A program made the position numbers and the translations under genes. A DNA stretch of 64,000 bases from Fistulifera solaris. Its lineage: Eukaryota. The notes under the pieces were generated by a model that did no database searches, was not told the origin of the DNA, and saw nothing but the letters and a program-made list of their open reading frames with translations. The stretch spans positions 1,054,001-1,118,000 of the forward strand of contig AP026131.1 of NCBI GenBank assembly GCA_030295235.1, given 5' to 3'. Shown here piece by piece: positions 47,214 to 58,765 of this stretch (within the stretch, counting starts at the first letter, position 1; every line of letters begins with the position of its first letter).

Positions 47214-47997
47214 ATGCTTTTACGACATTTTTGCTCCCTCTTTCTTTTCCTATTATTTCAACAATCGAATTGTCTTCAAAGCTTTTTCCCGAAGCAATTC
47301 GCTGTAAACTGGGGAAAATCTTCGTCATCAGCATCGGCCCGACAAATCGAAGATCAACTATTGGCTGCCATTCAAGATGAAGGGAATCGTCTTTCGAACT
47401 CGGAGCAGATCGTTTCTTTAGTATCACAACTAGAAGCATTGCCTTCGATTCTGGAGCCCGCCATTGCCCCCCGAAGTATATGGACGATGGCGCTTGATTT
47501 ACACCACGAATGCGGAGACGAGTTCACCCATTCAGCGCAAAGCCGTGGACACGACAGCCTTCCCGATTTATCAAGACATTGTCGTGAATGAAAAAGGGCA
47601 ACTGTTAGTTAATCAAGTCGTTCAGTTTTCCGAGTCGTCCGAGCTGTGTGTTTCGGCTTTGGCCAGTACGGCCGCGTACCCTTTGCCGGAACTCACGCAA
47701 CGAAGGTCCACCGGAAAAGTGCTCGGCTTGAATATTCTTGGGGTATCTTTGGTCGGAGAAGAGGCAGAACCGGATCCGAACCGTCCCAATTCTCGCATCG
47801 ATTTCGTGTTCGACGAGGGAAACTTTGATCTGGACGGAAAAATCCGCATTCCTTATCCCGTGCCGTTTCGTTTACCTCTATTTCGCGATTGGGTGAAAGG
47901 ATGGATTGATATTACATGGCTCAGTGATCGAGTTCGTATTTCAAGAGGGAATAAAGGGACTACGTTTGTGTTATTGAAAGAAGACCTGTCCAGATAG
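47214..47997 (+). CDS. PAP/fibrillin family plastid lipid-associated protein (frameshift in C6 run ~47467-47472)
   Basis: VYGRWRLIYTT and GWIDITWLSDRVRISRGNKGTTFVL; signal peptide. Confidence 0.9.
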
Positions 47998-48052
47998 TTG
48001 ATCCGTGAATTAACAATCGGTAAATCGAAACAAGTTCAAGGCTAGTTCTCAT

Positions 48053-49654
48053 TTATCTCCATTCAGCAATATATTCGACATACGTCGAGCTTCCGACGTT
48101 CCTTCTCGCGATTTCCACTCCGGGCTCGTTCCATTTGAGACCGCCCACGGGTGGTTCCTGTTGCCATTTCAAAGTGCCATGTTCGATCGTACTCGTTTGC
48201 ACTACGATACTTAAATAAAAGAATGGATAGAGAATTGTCACACTCTGTCCTGGCTCCAAAGTGAGTTTGTAGACACGGCATTTGTCTCGGGTTTTGATCA
48301 GTTCGTGTCGTTCGGCCAGCAACGGAATCGCTGCGGATACGGGTGGCGACTTTAGCAATTCGGCATCAATACAAAGCATGGTATGATTCGATGTATTGGT
48401 GATCTTGTGCACCAGGGGTTTTCTCTGTTTCGTGTGCACCGTACCGTACTTCTCCAAAGTCCATGCAATCGGCACACGCGGCGAAACCTTGTACATGGTT
48501 TATTACGTTGAGACCGCCAGGAACTAAAAAAGAAATAGAGACTATCTTTCGCGTGTCGATGCGCTAATGTTGTATCGCCCGGCGGGAATGAAACTCGCAA
48601 TGCGCGCACATATTCATTCTGCAACACAACTTGATGACGAGGCTCGCTACCAACTTCAACAATTTGTTCGAAACGACCATCGGGCAAACGCCAATAATCA
48701 CCAACGCGTGTGCCTTCTTGACTCTTTCCGGATACCTTGACACCCGCTACATTTTCGTACACTTTTACTACCTGCGAATCGTCTTGTTGTGACAGTCCCA
48801 GACCTTGTCCACTGATAAATTGCTGAAGCGCCGCCGATGCTAGAGGAGTGGGTACTTGCAGTTTTTTGGCTTCTTGATACACAATATCCAAATCTTTGAC
48901 AAAGATCTGCAATTGAGATTTCACTTCAGCGACTGACTCCATCATACGAGGCGATCGATCCCGGAACATCCAACTAGCCCCAGCGGCACCATTGACAATA
49001 TCGTACAATTGCGTTACATCTAACCCCCGCTTTCGCGGCCAAACAAAGAGCTTCCGCCGCCACGACAATATGAACTCCCGCTAGTAACTGGTGAACCATT
49101 TTGACTTGTGATCCTTGTCCGGGACCACCGGCAATGATGTAAGCTTTTCCCAAAGCCTGCAGGACCGGCTGAGCCACAGAGAGGCTCGCCTCCTCTCCAC
49201 TGGCCATGATGGTTAAATCCCCGGCTCGAGCGCGAACCGGTCCGCCACTGATGGGGGCATCGACAAAATGAATGCCTTTTTCTTCAAAGAAAGCGGCCGC
49301 CTGCTTCATCCAAGTGGCTGTAACGGTCGAAGAGATCATGACCACGGCACCAGGGGGCAACAGTTGGAGCAAACAAGCTTCCCCTTGCAAACAGACTTGG
49401 TGACACTGGGCTTCGTTCTGCAAAACGACCAACACAAAGGTAGCTTCCTCCACAGCTTCTTGTAAATTAGTCGGCGGGGCCGACAAGGCTTTACCGGCGG
49501 TTACGGATTCCTGATAAAAGGCATCGACCAGTACCGTAGACTGATCGTAACCAGAGATTTGTTGACACAGATCTGGCTGTTCCAAAAGAACCCGCGCCAT
49601 TCCTCCTCCCATGGCACCAATGCCGATGACGGCAATCTTTTCGAATACTACCAT
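48053..49654 (-). CDS. 3-hydroxyisobutyrate/L-threonate dehydrogenase-like NAD-binding protein fused to C-terminal cupin-like domain(s)
   Basis: IGIGAMGGGMA, DAPISGG, KMVHQLL and GASWMF, followed in frame by EPRHQVVLQNEYVRALRVSFPPGDTTLAHRH. Frameshifts at ~49025 and ~48528. Confidence 0.85.
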
Positions 49655-49759
49655 AGCAGCGTAATAAGTTTTGACTTGTAATGATAAGCTCGCTTTCACT
49701 TACTTCCTATCGTATGCAAGTTATTTTTGTGATGCATTCTGCATTACACATTTATTTAT

Positions 49760-51205
49760 TGTGCGATGCGGATCGAAAAAACTGCGGTCCAGAATTTCTG
49801 GAAATTCACAGAATTTCTGTACGAACCGAAATAACCTTTCCAGAATTCCTGGGCGATGCACTAATGGTCCAGACCTTCTGGAACAACACAGAATTTCTGT
49901 ATGATGCAAAACACATTTTCCAGAAATTCTGGAATTTGCATTTTGCTTCGTTATGATCGAAACACTGTTTCCTGAACTGTGGGAACGTGCGCAGCATTTT
50001 GATAGGATTCAAAACACCGTCTCCACATTTTTTTTTTATTAAAAAGTGCACAGCATTTCGTTAGGATGAAAAATTGGTCCAGAATTTCTGGACCAGCACA
50101 GAATTTCTGTATGATGCAAAACACTTCTTCCAGATTTTCTAAAACGTGCATTTTCTTTCGTTATGATCGAAACACTGTTTTCCTAATTGTGGGAACGTGC
50201 ACAGCGATTTGATAGGATTCCAAGCATCGTCTCCAAATTTTTTAAACGTGCACAGTATTTCGTTAGAATATCGAAAAATATTGGTCCAGAATTTCTGGAC
50301 CAGCACAGAATTTCTGTATGATGCAAAACATTGCTTCCAGATTTTCTAAAACGTGCATTTTCTTTCGTTATGATCGAAACACTGTTTTCCTGAATTGTGG
50401 GAACGTGCACAGCGATTTGATAGGATTCCAAGCATCGTCTCCAAATTTTTTAAACGTGCACAGCATTTCGTTAGAATCGAAAAATATTGGTCCAGAATTT
50501 CTGGACCAGAACAGAATTTCTGTATGATGCAAAACACTTCTTCCAGATTTTCTGGAATTTGCACTTTGCTTCGTTATGATCCAAAAAACAGTTTCATAAA
50601 TTTCTGGAACGTGCACATTCTTTTGCTATGATTTATGATCCCATACATCATATCCAAAATTTCTGGAACTGCACAGCATTTCGGTAGGATCGAAAAATAT
50701 TGGTCCAGAATTTCTGGACCACCACAAAATTTCTGTATGAAACATAACACATTTTCCAGAAATTCTGGAATTTGTACTTTCCTTCGTTATGATCCAAAAC
50801 ACAGTCTCATAAATTTCTGGAACGTGTACATTCTTTTGTTATGATCCCAAACATCATATCCAGAATTTCTTGAACATGCACAGCTATTCGGTAGGATGGA
50901 AAAATTGGTCCAGAATTTCTGGACCAAAACAGAATTTCTGTATGAGACATAACACATTTTCCAGAAATTCTGGAAATATTATTTTGCATTTGTTTCGTTG
51001 ATGCAAAACACAGTTTCCTGAAAATCTGGAAGGCACACTTTCTTTCGTTATGCTCCATACAGTTAATACGGTTTCATAATACTACGTAGCTGGAACTTGC
51101 TCAGCATTTTGGTAGTATCGAAAAATTGGTCCAGAATTTCTGGATTACCACAGAATTTCTGTATGAACCGAAATAAATTTTCCAGAATTTCTGGATCATG
51201 CAAAG
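49760..51205. repeat. Tandem satellite-like array: ~206 bp units built from four ~51 bp monomers
   Basis: GGTCCAGAATTTCTGGA core at 49786, 49866 (degenerate), 50076, 50283, 50489, 50702, 50907 and 51128. Confidence 0.95.
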
Positions 51206-51663
51206 AATTTTGTGCCAAAATATTGGTGCAACCATTGTAGATGAGCTGACTTGATGGGTTATGTTATTGTGAAAGAAAATACGGAGTGGTAGACTATCTT
51301 TAGCATAGAACTCCCTCTCTAGAGTCTATTTCAGTGATGACGACAATTTTTACCTGCTTGCTGCCTGGCACGCAATTATTACTCGGTAAACCTTATACCT
51401 TGCGTAGTTTGCGGTTTTTATTGCCGTGTCTGCGGCAGCGGCGTGATGTTGTACAAGTAAAGCGCTGTTGCTATTTTTGTTGTTGTGTTGTGTGCAATCG
51501 ATGATTATTTATTCGTTGTGTTCTAAGATTATTGTGTCCGATAGAGGAGCAAGATCTATCCCTCGAGTCATTTTAATCATTGTATGAATCGAACCAGATT
51601 TTCAGTGTGATAGATTCTTAATTGCTTCAATCTTTGCCTTCATTTTTCTGACGTGAATCTTTC

Positions 51664-53859
51664 ATGCAAACAACCTACGGTGCGCTAAAAATGACTTTAC
51701 CATCGACGTCCCACACAAGGATACGAAGTAATGATGATGAGGATGATATTGCGTTAGAAGCGAACGATCATTCGTATTCAAGCAATGCGGACATCAGTGA
51801 ACGCAATGAAGAATCGGGACTTTTTCGCACGAATGACGAGCCATCGTTTCATCATTCATCGCATTCTGTTTCCTTCTTTTGGAAAGCCCTGGTATTATTC
51901 ACACTGGCGTGTGTTCTCGTTATCACTTTAGGCAGTACCGTCGCTATACGTCGTGCAAATCATTCTCCCGCTACAACGACAGCATGCCCCCGCTCCGATA
52001 TCGAATCCTTATCGTCCTTTGCCGTCTCCGGTTTATCGCATGCTGCCGTCGCTACCGATCATTCGGTCTGTTCGCAAGTCGGATTGGATATTTTACAAAA
52101 ACATCAGGGCAATGCCGTCGATGCCGCTGTTGCGGTAGCGCTCTGTTTGGGCGTGGCGAATCCGGCGAGCAGTGGCATGGGCGGAGGAACCTTTCTGTTG
52201 GTGCACGGGAAGTTGCGCGAGGACGCTCATGAATACACTCAATACGACGATCACACAACACGGAATGCTACGACGCAGTACCAGAGTGATGGTAGGATCT
52301 TTGAAGTCATTGATGCAAGGGAAGTGGCTCCGGGGGCCGCTTCCACCGACATGTTCACTGCCTCGGACAAATCCAGTGTCGTGGGAGGCCTCGCGGCTGC
52401 TGTTCCGGGAGAACTGCGTGGGCTCGAATTGGCGCACGCACGCTTTGGGGCGTTATCGTGGCAGCAAGTGGTGCAGCCGGCTTATGAATTGGCCCGGGAT
52501 GGGATCGTCATCAACACCAATCTCGCCCATGAAATTGCCATGACGGCTGGCATGGTTGCTAAACATAGTTTGCCAGACTTTGGATTGAAGAAATTGCTCA
52601 CCAAGAGTAATGACTGGAAACAGCCATTAGTAGAAGGTGATATCTTGCGGAATGCGGCTCTGGCACACACTTTGAAGGACGTTATGGAGCAAGGGGCGGA
52701 TGCGTTATATACGGGCGAACGCGGGGAAAAAATAGCGGCGGATGTACAAAAAGCGGGAGGTATTTTGACGGCCGAGGACTTGGCGTCCTATCGACCCGTA
52801 TTGCGGGACCCGTTGGTGGCCGAAAACATCGCTGGATATACACTGGTGGGAGTTCCGCCTCCCAGTAGCGGTGGGCCCGCGATTATTGGCGCGATCCGTT
52901 ATTTAGCGGGATATTTGGAACCGTTGTCGGCGAATGCAGACGCGCTGACGGTGCATCGACTATCGGAAGCGGTCAAGCATGTCTTTGCCATGCGGATGAG
53001 TTTGAGCGATCCAGCATATAACACGGAAGTCGTTCAAGATGTGGTAGAAGATATGGTGCAAAGCTCGTACATGGAGCATTTGAGGCGGAGTTCACTAGAC
53101 AACTCGACATTGCCCCTCAGCCAGTACGGCGGTAGAAAATGGGCCCAGTTGAACGATACGGACGGTGACAACGACGCAGAAGATAAGAAAGAAGGCGATC
53201 GAAGGAAAAGACGACACTTGCTTCGTCACTTTGGATATTTGAATGATCACGGAACTTCGCATTTCAGTATCGTAGACAAAGACGGCAATGCTGTAGCTAT
53301 GACAACATCCGTCAACACGATCTTCGGGAGCCAAGTTCTCAGCGAAGGGATTGTGTTGGGGAATACGATGGACGATTTTGCACAACCTGGTAGTCCTAAT
53401 TTTTACGGATTGAAACCAAGTCCAAGTAACTACATCATGCCAGGCAAGAAGCCTTTGTCCAGCATGTCACCAACAATGGTTATCGATGCCGACCGAGACA
53501 AGCTGCTTATGGTTGTCGGTGCTAGTGGGGGCCCCAAGATCATAACAGCCGTTCTTCAAGTTATATTTAATACGCTTTGGTTGGGATGGCCGCTGCTGGA
53601 AGCCGTGAGTCGACCACGAATTCACGATCAGCTGATCTACCATGGATCTGCGATTACTGCGACTGAGAGAAGCAAGCTACCGAATGGCGTATGGTTTGTT
53701 GTTCCAGATCGGACCAAATTTGCGCTGCAACAGCGTAATCATCAATTGCTGGATGTTGATTACGCCGGAACAGTACAGACTGTTTTTCGTGATTTCGAAC
53801 TGAACCAATGGAGCGCAGTATCCGATCCTCGGAAAGGGGGCGCCCCTGCTGGTTACTGA
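51664..53859 (+). CDS. GGT: Gamma-glutamyltranspeptidase, type II membrane-anchored
   Basis: GNAVDAAVA, SGMGGG, IDAREVAP, VPGELRG, PPPSSGG, autocatalytic GTSHFSIVD, N(T)MDDF, PLSSMSP and DPRK. Confidence 0.96.
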   Translation: MQTTYGALKMTLPSTSHTRIRSNDDEDDIALEANDHSYSSNADISERNEESGLFRTNDEPSFHHSSHSVSFFWKALVLFTLACVLVITLGSTVAIRRANHSPATTTACPRSDIESLSSFAVSGLSHAAVATDHSVCSQVGLDILQKHQGNAVDAAVAVALCLGVANPASSGMGGGTFLLVHGKLREDAHEYTQYDDHTTRNATTQYQSDGRIFEVIDAREVAPGAASTDMFTASDKSSVVGGLAAAVPGELRGLELAHARFGALSWQQVVQPAYELARDGIVINTNLAHEIAMTAGMVAKHSLPDFGLKKLLTKSNDWKQPLVEGDILRNAALAHTLKDVMEQGADALYTGERGEKIAADVQKAGGILTAEDLASYRPVLRDPLVAENIAGYTLVGVPPPSSGGPAIIGAIRYLAGYLEPLSANADALTVHRLSEAVKHVFAMRMSLSDPAYNTEVVQDVVEDMVQSSYMEHLRRSSLDNSTLPLSQYGGRKWAQLNDTDGDNDAEDKKEGDRRKRRHLLRHFGYLNDHGTSHFSIVDKDGNAVAMTTSVNTIFGSQVLSEGIVLGNTMDDFAQPGSPNFYGLKPSPSNYIMPGKKPLSSMSPTMVIDADRDKLLMVVGASGGPKIITAVLQVIFNTLWLGWPLLEAVSRPRIHDQLIYHGSAITATERSKLPNGVWFVVPDRTKFALQQRNHQLLDVDYAGTVQTVFRDFELNQWSAVSDPRKGGAPAGY

Positions 53860-54351
53860 TGAATGTAAAATATGACACAATTGAACTCCTAATCTGGTCT
53901 TTCTCTTTCAATACATAACGCTCATTAACGCTACACGGTGTACATACCTAAAAAATTGTTTGTGCATGCGTTTATCGTTTACCCTATCTAGTGTGACTAG
54001 ATCTTTATGATGCATTTAGTTGTTAGTTGTCGAATGAGTCGCACTTGATGACGTAGCAACCGTGAAATAAATAATGACGTTCGTCGTCTCATGAATCATC
54101 TAAACGGTGGTCGTCTCTCCACCACTCACTTCACTGACAACGTTCGTCTCTCCACCACTCAGCTCACCCTTTCTTATTGGCGTGCGGCGTGTAGTTCGCA
54201 GCCACCGCATTTTCTCTTTTATTATTCTTTGCGCTTTGTCAGTATGAAAGTCGTCCCATTCTATCCTTTGACACTTTACTGCTGCTAATCAATGGCTTGG
54301 AGGCTAGCAAAAACCCGAGAAGACGCACCCGTAACGTTGTTATTTTAGAGC

Positions 54352-55629
54352 ATGCAAAACATTGAGTTAACAAGAGCTCTTTTGCTGTGTTGTTTACTTT
54401 TCATCGGCAGAGCGAATGCTTTTCTTGCTTCTCCAAGAATACGCTTTGCTCAATATCCCGATCATTTCCGGATACAGGCTACTTCGTTACATTCTCGATC
54501 ACAAACAAAATCAATTGGGACATCGCCTCGAAGGACTCGGCGGCGGTTCAGCGAGATGACGGAACGATTGCGAGACTATTACAATAAACACGGGCACTCG
54601 CTGGTGACGGCTTCGGAAGATCCTGTACTGCATCGGTGGACAGTTTCCCTCCGGCGCAACTACAAATACCAAGTCGTGGGTACTCGACGTCATAATTCCG
54701 CCCAAAATAGCAACCGCCCGAAATTGTCTCCGGACCAGTTGGAAATTTTGCAAGAGCTCGATTTTTGTTGGGATGCCCAGTCCATGGCATGGACCACGCG
54801 TTATCAAGAACTGGAAGAATATAAAGAAAAGAATGGGCATTGTCGTGTACCTGCAAACTTCCCTGGGGGATTGGGCATTTGGGTACGAAATCAGCGGCGT
54901 CTCTTGGAGCAACCGGGAGACTCGGGGATGCCGCCGAAACGGAGAGCAGCGTTGGAAAGGCTTGGCTTTACCTGGTTTCAGCCGCATTTGTCGCGATGGA
55001 AGCGAAGATACGACCAACTGCGAGAGTTTTATGACAAATATGGGCACTCGAATGTTCCGGAAGATTACAGCGACAATTTTCAACTAGGACAATGGTGCAT
55101 GAACCAACGTTCGCAATACAAACGATATTGCTTAGGATGGCCGACAGCCCTGTGCGCGGAACGGATTCAAAAGTTGGAGGCTCTGGATTTTCGATGGAAC
55201 TACCGAGATAACAAATGGTTCGAAATGGTGGAACGACTGAAGCAGTATTATGAATTGAACGGTCACATTAAGATCCCCACTTACGATGTAGAGAACCAAG
55301 ATTTGAGACTTTGGTTGATCGTTCAGCGCTACTATTACAATCGACGCAAACAGGAGGAGGGACCGTTGACTGAACGCCGTATCGACTTATTGCAAAGTAT
55401 AATGCCTGATTTTCCGTGGCAAGTTCGAAAGGGAGACTCGAATGGACCCAAGACCGAAGATTGGGCGAAACTGTTTGATGCTATGCGAGCTAAGGGCATT
55501 GGTCCCGGTGCCCGCCCGAAGCAGCATTGGTTTGAAGGCGTGAACCGTTTTGAGATGCAAGTCAAAGATACCTGGACCGAGAAAGATCTTATAGCATTGT
55601 GGAACCAGGCAGACGACGATGACGACTAA
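54352..55629 (+). CDS. Helicase-associated (HA) domain repeat protein with plastid-type targeting (ANA-F)
   Basis: Four repeats of W..RY.EL..Y...GH..VP...LG.W...QR...R...LE.L.F.W; no helicase motifs. Confidence 0.88.
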   Translation: MQNIELTRALLLCCLLFIGRANAFLASPRIRFAQYPDHFRIQATSLHSRSQTKSIGTSPRRTRRRFSEMTERLRDYYNKHGHSLVTASEDPVLHRWTVSLRRNYKYQVVGTRRHNSAQNSNRPKLSPDQLEILQELDFCWDAQSMAWTTRYQELEEYKEKNGHCRVPANFPGGLGIWVRNQRRLLEQPGDSGMPPKRRAALERLGFTWFQPHLSRWKRRYDQLREFYDKYGHSNVPEDYSDNFQLGQWCMNQRSQYKRYCLGWPTALCAERIQKLEALDFRWNYRDNKWFEMVERLKQYYELNGHIKIPTYDVENQDLRLWLIVQRYYYNRRKQEEGPLTERRIDLLQSIMPDFPWQVRKGDSNGPKTEDWAKLFDAMRAKGIGPGARPKQHWFEGVNRFEMQVKDTWTEKDLIALWNQADDDDD

Positions 55630-56436
55630 CCACGCAGTTGCTGCAAAAATACGGGCTAAAATACATTCTGAGCGACCTAAGTGTCATCGCTGACGCTGCA
55701 GGAAATGCCATATAATGACGTCAACTAGCAACAAACCGCTCCCCGAGCGCTCCTCTTAGGCAGTTCTGTTAGACCTTCTTGGTGGCGCCTCGATTCTATA
55801 CATGTGCGTCACCTCCATAGCATACTTATCCTAAGCCTTCGATTAGCTACAAAACACGAATAATTGCTGTGGTTACCTTCAAATATTATGGAATGGCTAC
55901 AGAAACTGATTTCCAACCATGTACCTAGCTTTCGCTTGTTCCTCGAGTAACTGGTAAATGCTTCTTATGCTAGCGCAATAGGCTCAATGAATAAGATGCA
56001 GTTAGCTAAAGCAGGAATTGCAATGAGCTTCCAAGTCGCAATATATTGCGTCAACAGTTCTACTGAACAGTTTTCTTTCAGTTTTACTGATCGAAGACCC
56101 AAATATATCGCTAGACGACGTTTTCTCCACCACGACTGGATTAAGTCATAAGTCATGAGCAATGGCCGTGGATCATGATTGTATCGGGAAGAGCTGCTAC
56201 CTAACCTACGTGCATTCTACTAGGTTAATACGCCATAGTGATTTTATATCAATAAATATACCATCAACCTCTTAACAGCATTTGTAATGCACTTGGCAAT
56301 ATTTTGCTTCGACCAGCTCTTTTGAAAGGTCTACTCTAATTTTTACTGTAGTGCCCAAGTGTAGGCGACCTTTTCTACGACTGCATTTCAATCACGAATC
56401 ATGCATGAATCTGTGAATCTGCTTTTACGGAGTAAC

Positions 56437-56610
56437 GGGAAGGACGTTAAAATTCTGCCTCTCAGTACAAGTTTCTACGTGGAGCCTACGGCGAGGCAGA
56501 ATTTTAACGTCGTCTCCACGAGCGGACCTTGAGACGACGTTAAAATTCTGCCTCGCCGTAGGCTCCACGTAGAAACTTGTACTGAGAGGCAGAATTTTAA
56601 CGTCCTTCCC
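56437..56610. mobile_element. 174 bp perfect foldback / MITE-like element
   Basis: The 80 bp arms 56437-56516 and 56531-56610 are exact reverse complements around a 14 bp loop. Ends GGGAAGG...CCTTCCC; TAA on the right, TAAC on the left. Confidence 0.8.
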
Positions 56611-57065
56611 TAATCTTCCAGCGCTACAGTACCAGATACCGGTACCAGAACCAGAACCTGTAGCATCAATTTTATTGGTGATTACTCCGTATTATTTAGA
56701 GAAAAAACAGTGGAAAATTCAGTCGAATGAGAAAATTCATTCGGACTTTAGGAAATTAGGAATAAATATTTAGGATTGTGTTAGACTATTTTTGGTGGAG
56801 GGTGGAGGAGATAATTGGGCAAAAGCGAAAGGCGATTAGGGTTTAGTGATATGTTACCATATGTCATCAAGAGGCCCAAAAGTATATCTAGGCTTTGTTG
56901 TACCAACCAGAGAGTACTTTAGTGATAAGTCGGAACTAGGAACGCCCTGCAAAATTTCAAGGCCAGGAACGAATACGAACACGAAAACGTTTTCCCTTGT
57001 TGCGCTCCAAAACAAATAATGAACCACGTTGACCTTTGTCTTAATCCTTCCTAATTCCTAATACA

Positions 57066-58259
57066 ATGAAAGCAGGCAGAGATATTACCGTTGCTGAAGC
57101 TCAGCAATCGCAGGTTGCGGAATCTGTCAGAGAAATATTGAGAGAAGTGACCGCCGAATCTCCTTTTCTACAAAATAGTGCTCCGACAAAAACTTCAGTT
57201 CTCTCGGCTTGTTCAAACATTCTGAGATTCGCACAGGAAAGGTTCTAGGCAAAGGAGCCTTTTCGGTTGTTCATGAGATTGTCGGTTTTGAATTAGAGGA
57301 CGAGGTCTCGGCAACCATGAATTTCCAGAGCCAACGAACTCGAACAAAGTTTCAGCGAGAAGCAGTCGATAAGAGCACAGGACGTGCTCGATACGTCATA
57401 AAGCATCTGAGCGAAGATCTTCTGAAAAAACCAAACGAGTTTTCATTAGCTGCTTCTGATTTGGCCGTTGAAGCAGCATTTCTCATTCGACTCCGTCACA
57501 AGCATATTTTGTCTCTTCGAGGCTTCCCTGTTACGGGATTGGGAGCATTGGAAGACGGGCATCAAGGATTCTTTCTCATCTTGGATCGTTTAGATACCAC
57601 CTTGGACAGGCTGATCGAAGATTGGAAAGAGCAAGAAAAACAGAATGACTCCATGAAACTTCAATACAGCAGGCAATTAGCTAGTGCTTTGAAATATCTA
57701 CATCGGAACCGAATTGTGTTCAGAGACTTAAAAACCAACAACATTGGAATTGATCAAGATGGCCGTCTACGATTGTTTGATTTCGGACTGTGTCGTGAAC
57801 TTCCTTCACCTGAAGCTTTTAATCAAATAAGCGAAGAGTTCACTTCACGCGGAGTTTACGAGATGTCCGGGGTGGGCACACGACGAACCATGGCGCCCGA
57901 AGTAGTGCTGGCGAAAGGCTACAACTGCAAAGCTGATATTTACGGATGGGCAATCGTTGTCTGGGAAATGTTCGCGCTAGCTAGACCGTACTCTTCCTAC
58001 AGCAAAACCGACCATCAGCATTTCGTTTGCAAAAGGTGAACGCCCTCCTCTTACAGCCGAAGAGGAACAGCGACAAGGCCGTAAGCACGAGCTCTTAAGA
58101 GGTTCTGTGCCAATAGCGCTGAGCGAAATTTTGAGATCAGCTTGGGATGCCTCCTTATCCAGACGATGCGACGCCGAGTTACTTTGTGTGAAGCTGGACG
58201 AAATTCTTCGTCCGAAAAGAGCAACGATAGCCTTAGCTGTTCGGCGTTCCTATCAATGA
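57066..58259 (+). CDS. Ser/Thr or TKL-like protein kinase (frameshifts near 57210 and 58033)
   Basis: LGKGAFSVV, VIK, FRDLKTNN, DFG, GTRRTMAPE, KADIYGW and GERPPL. Confidence 0.9.
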
Positions 58260-58372
58260 GATGAAAGATAAAAGAAATTGACATACTTAGGCTCATAAAA
58301 ACTTGTTGATTGAAGAAATAGATACCAATATTTCGGCATGTAAGCAAACACACTGAACATGCCTTAAACTAA

Positions 58373-58765
58373 TCATCCAGGCGGCCATTGCATTTGTCGT
58401 CCGCCCATGACGTGAAGATGCAAATGATACACAGACTGTGCCCCATCCTTTCCATCATTCACCACAATTCGATATCCCCCCGGGCACAACTTCTGACCTT
58501 CTTGGGCGGCAACAAAGAGCAAGTGACCTAAAATGTCTTTTTGTTCGGCGCGGGCATTCGACAGCTGCGTCAAACCCGCTCGTTGCTTCGGAATGACTAG
58601 AAAGTGAACAGGTGCTTGCGGATTGACGTCATGGAATGCAAGCGCTGTCTCATCTTCATAAACTTTATTACAAGGGATGTCGCCGGCGATAATCTTGTCG
58701 AAAATCGTAGGGGCGCCCGTATCATGCACAGATTGCGCCTTCTGAACTTCGTCCGATGTACTCAT
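58373..58765 (-). CDS. Histidine triad nucleotide-binding protein (HINT); N-terminal extension possible
   Basis: [34 protein letters not shown] and WPPG. Confidence 0.96.
   Translation of the reverse strand: MSTSDEVQKAQSVHDTGAPTIFDKIIAGDIPCNKVYEDETALAFHDVNPQAPVHFLVIPKQRAGLTQLSNARAEQKDILGHLLFVAAQEGQKLCPGGYRIVVNDGKDGAQSVYHLHLHVMGGRQMQWPPG

Noticed and set aside
49671..51058. Short ORFs overlapping the tandem array
   Set aside because: They are translations of the repeat in several frames with frequent stops and no coding signature.
49760..51205. CRISPR-like array (regularly spaced palindromic repeat)
   Set aside because: The intervening sequences are themselves near-identical repeats rather than unique spacers, the period is ~206 bp, there are no cas genes, and the context is eukaryotic.
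54110..54168. Short direct repeat TCGTCTCTCCACCACTCA x2
   Set aside because: Only two copies about 32 bp apart, with no further structure; likely a local duplication in a promoter.
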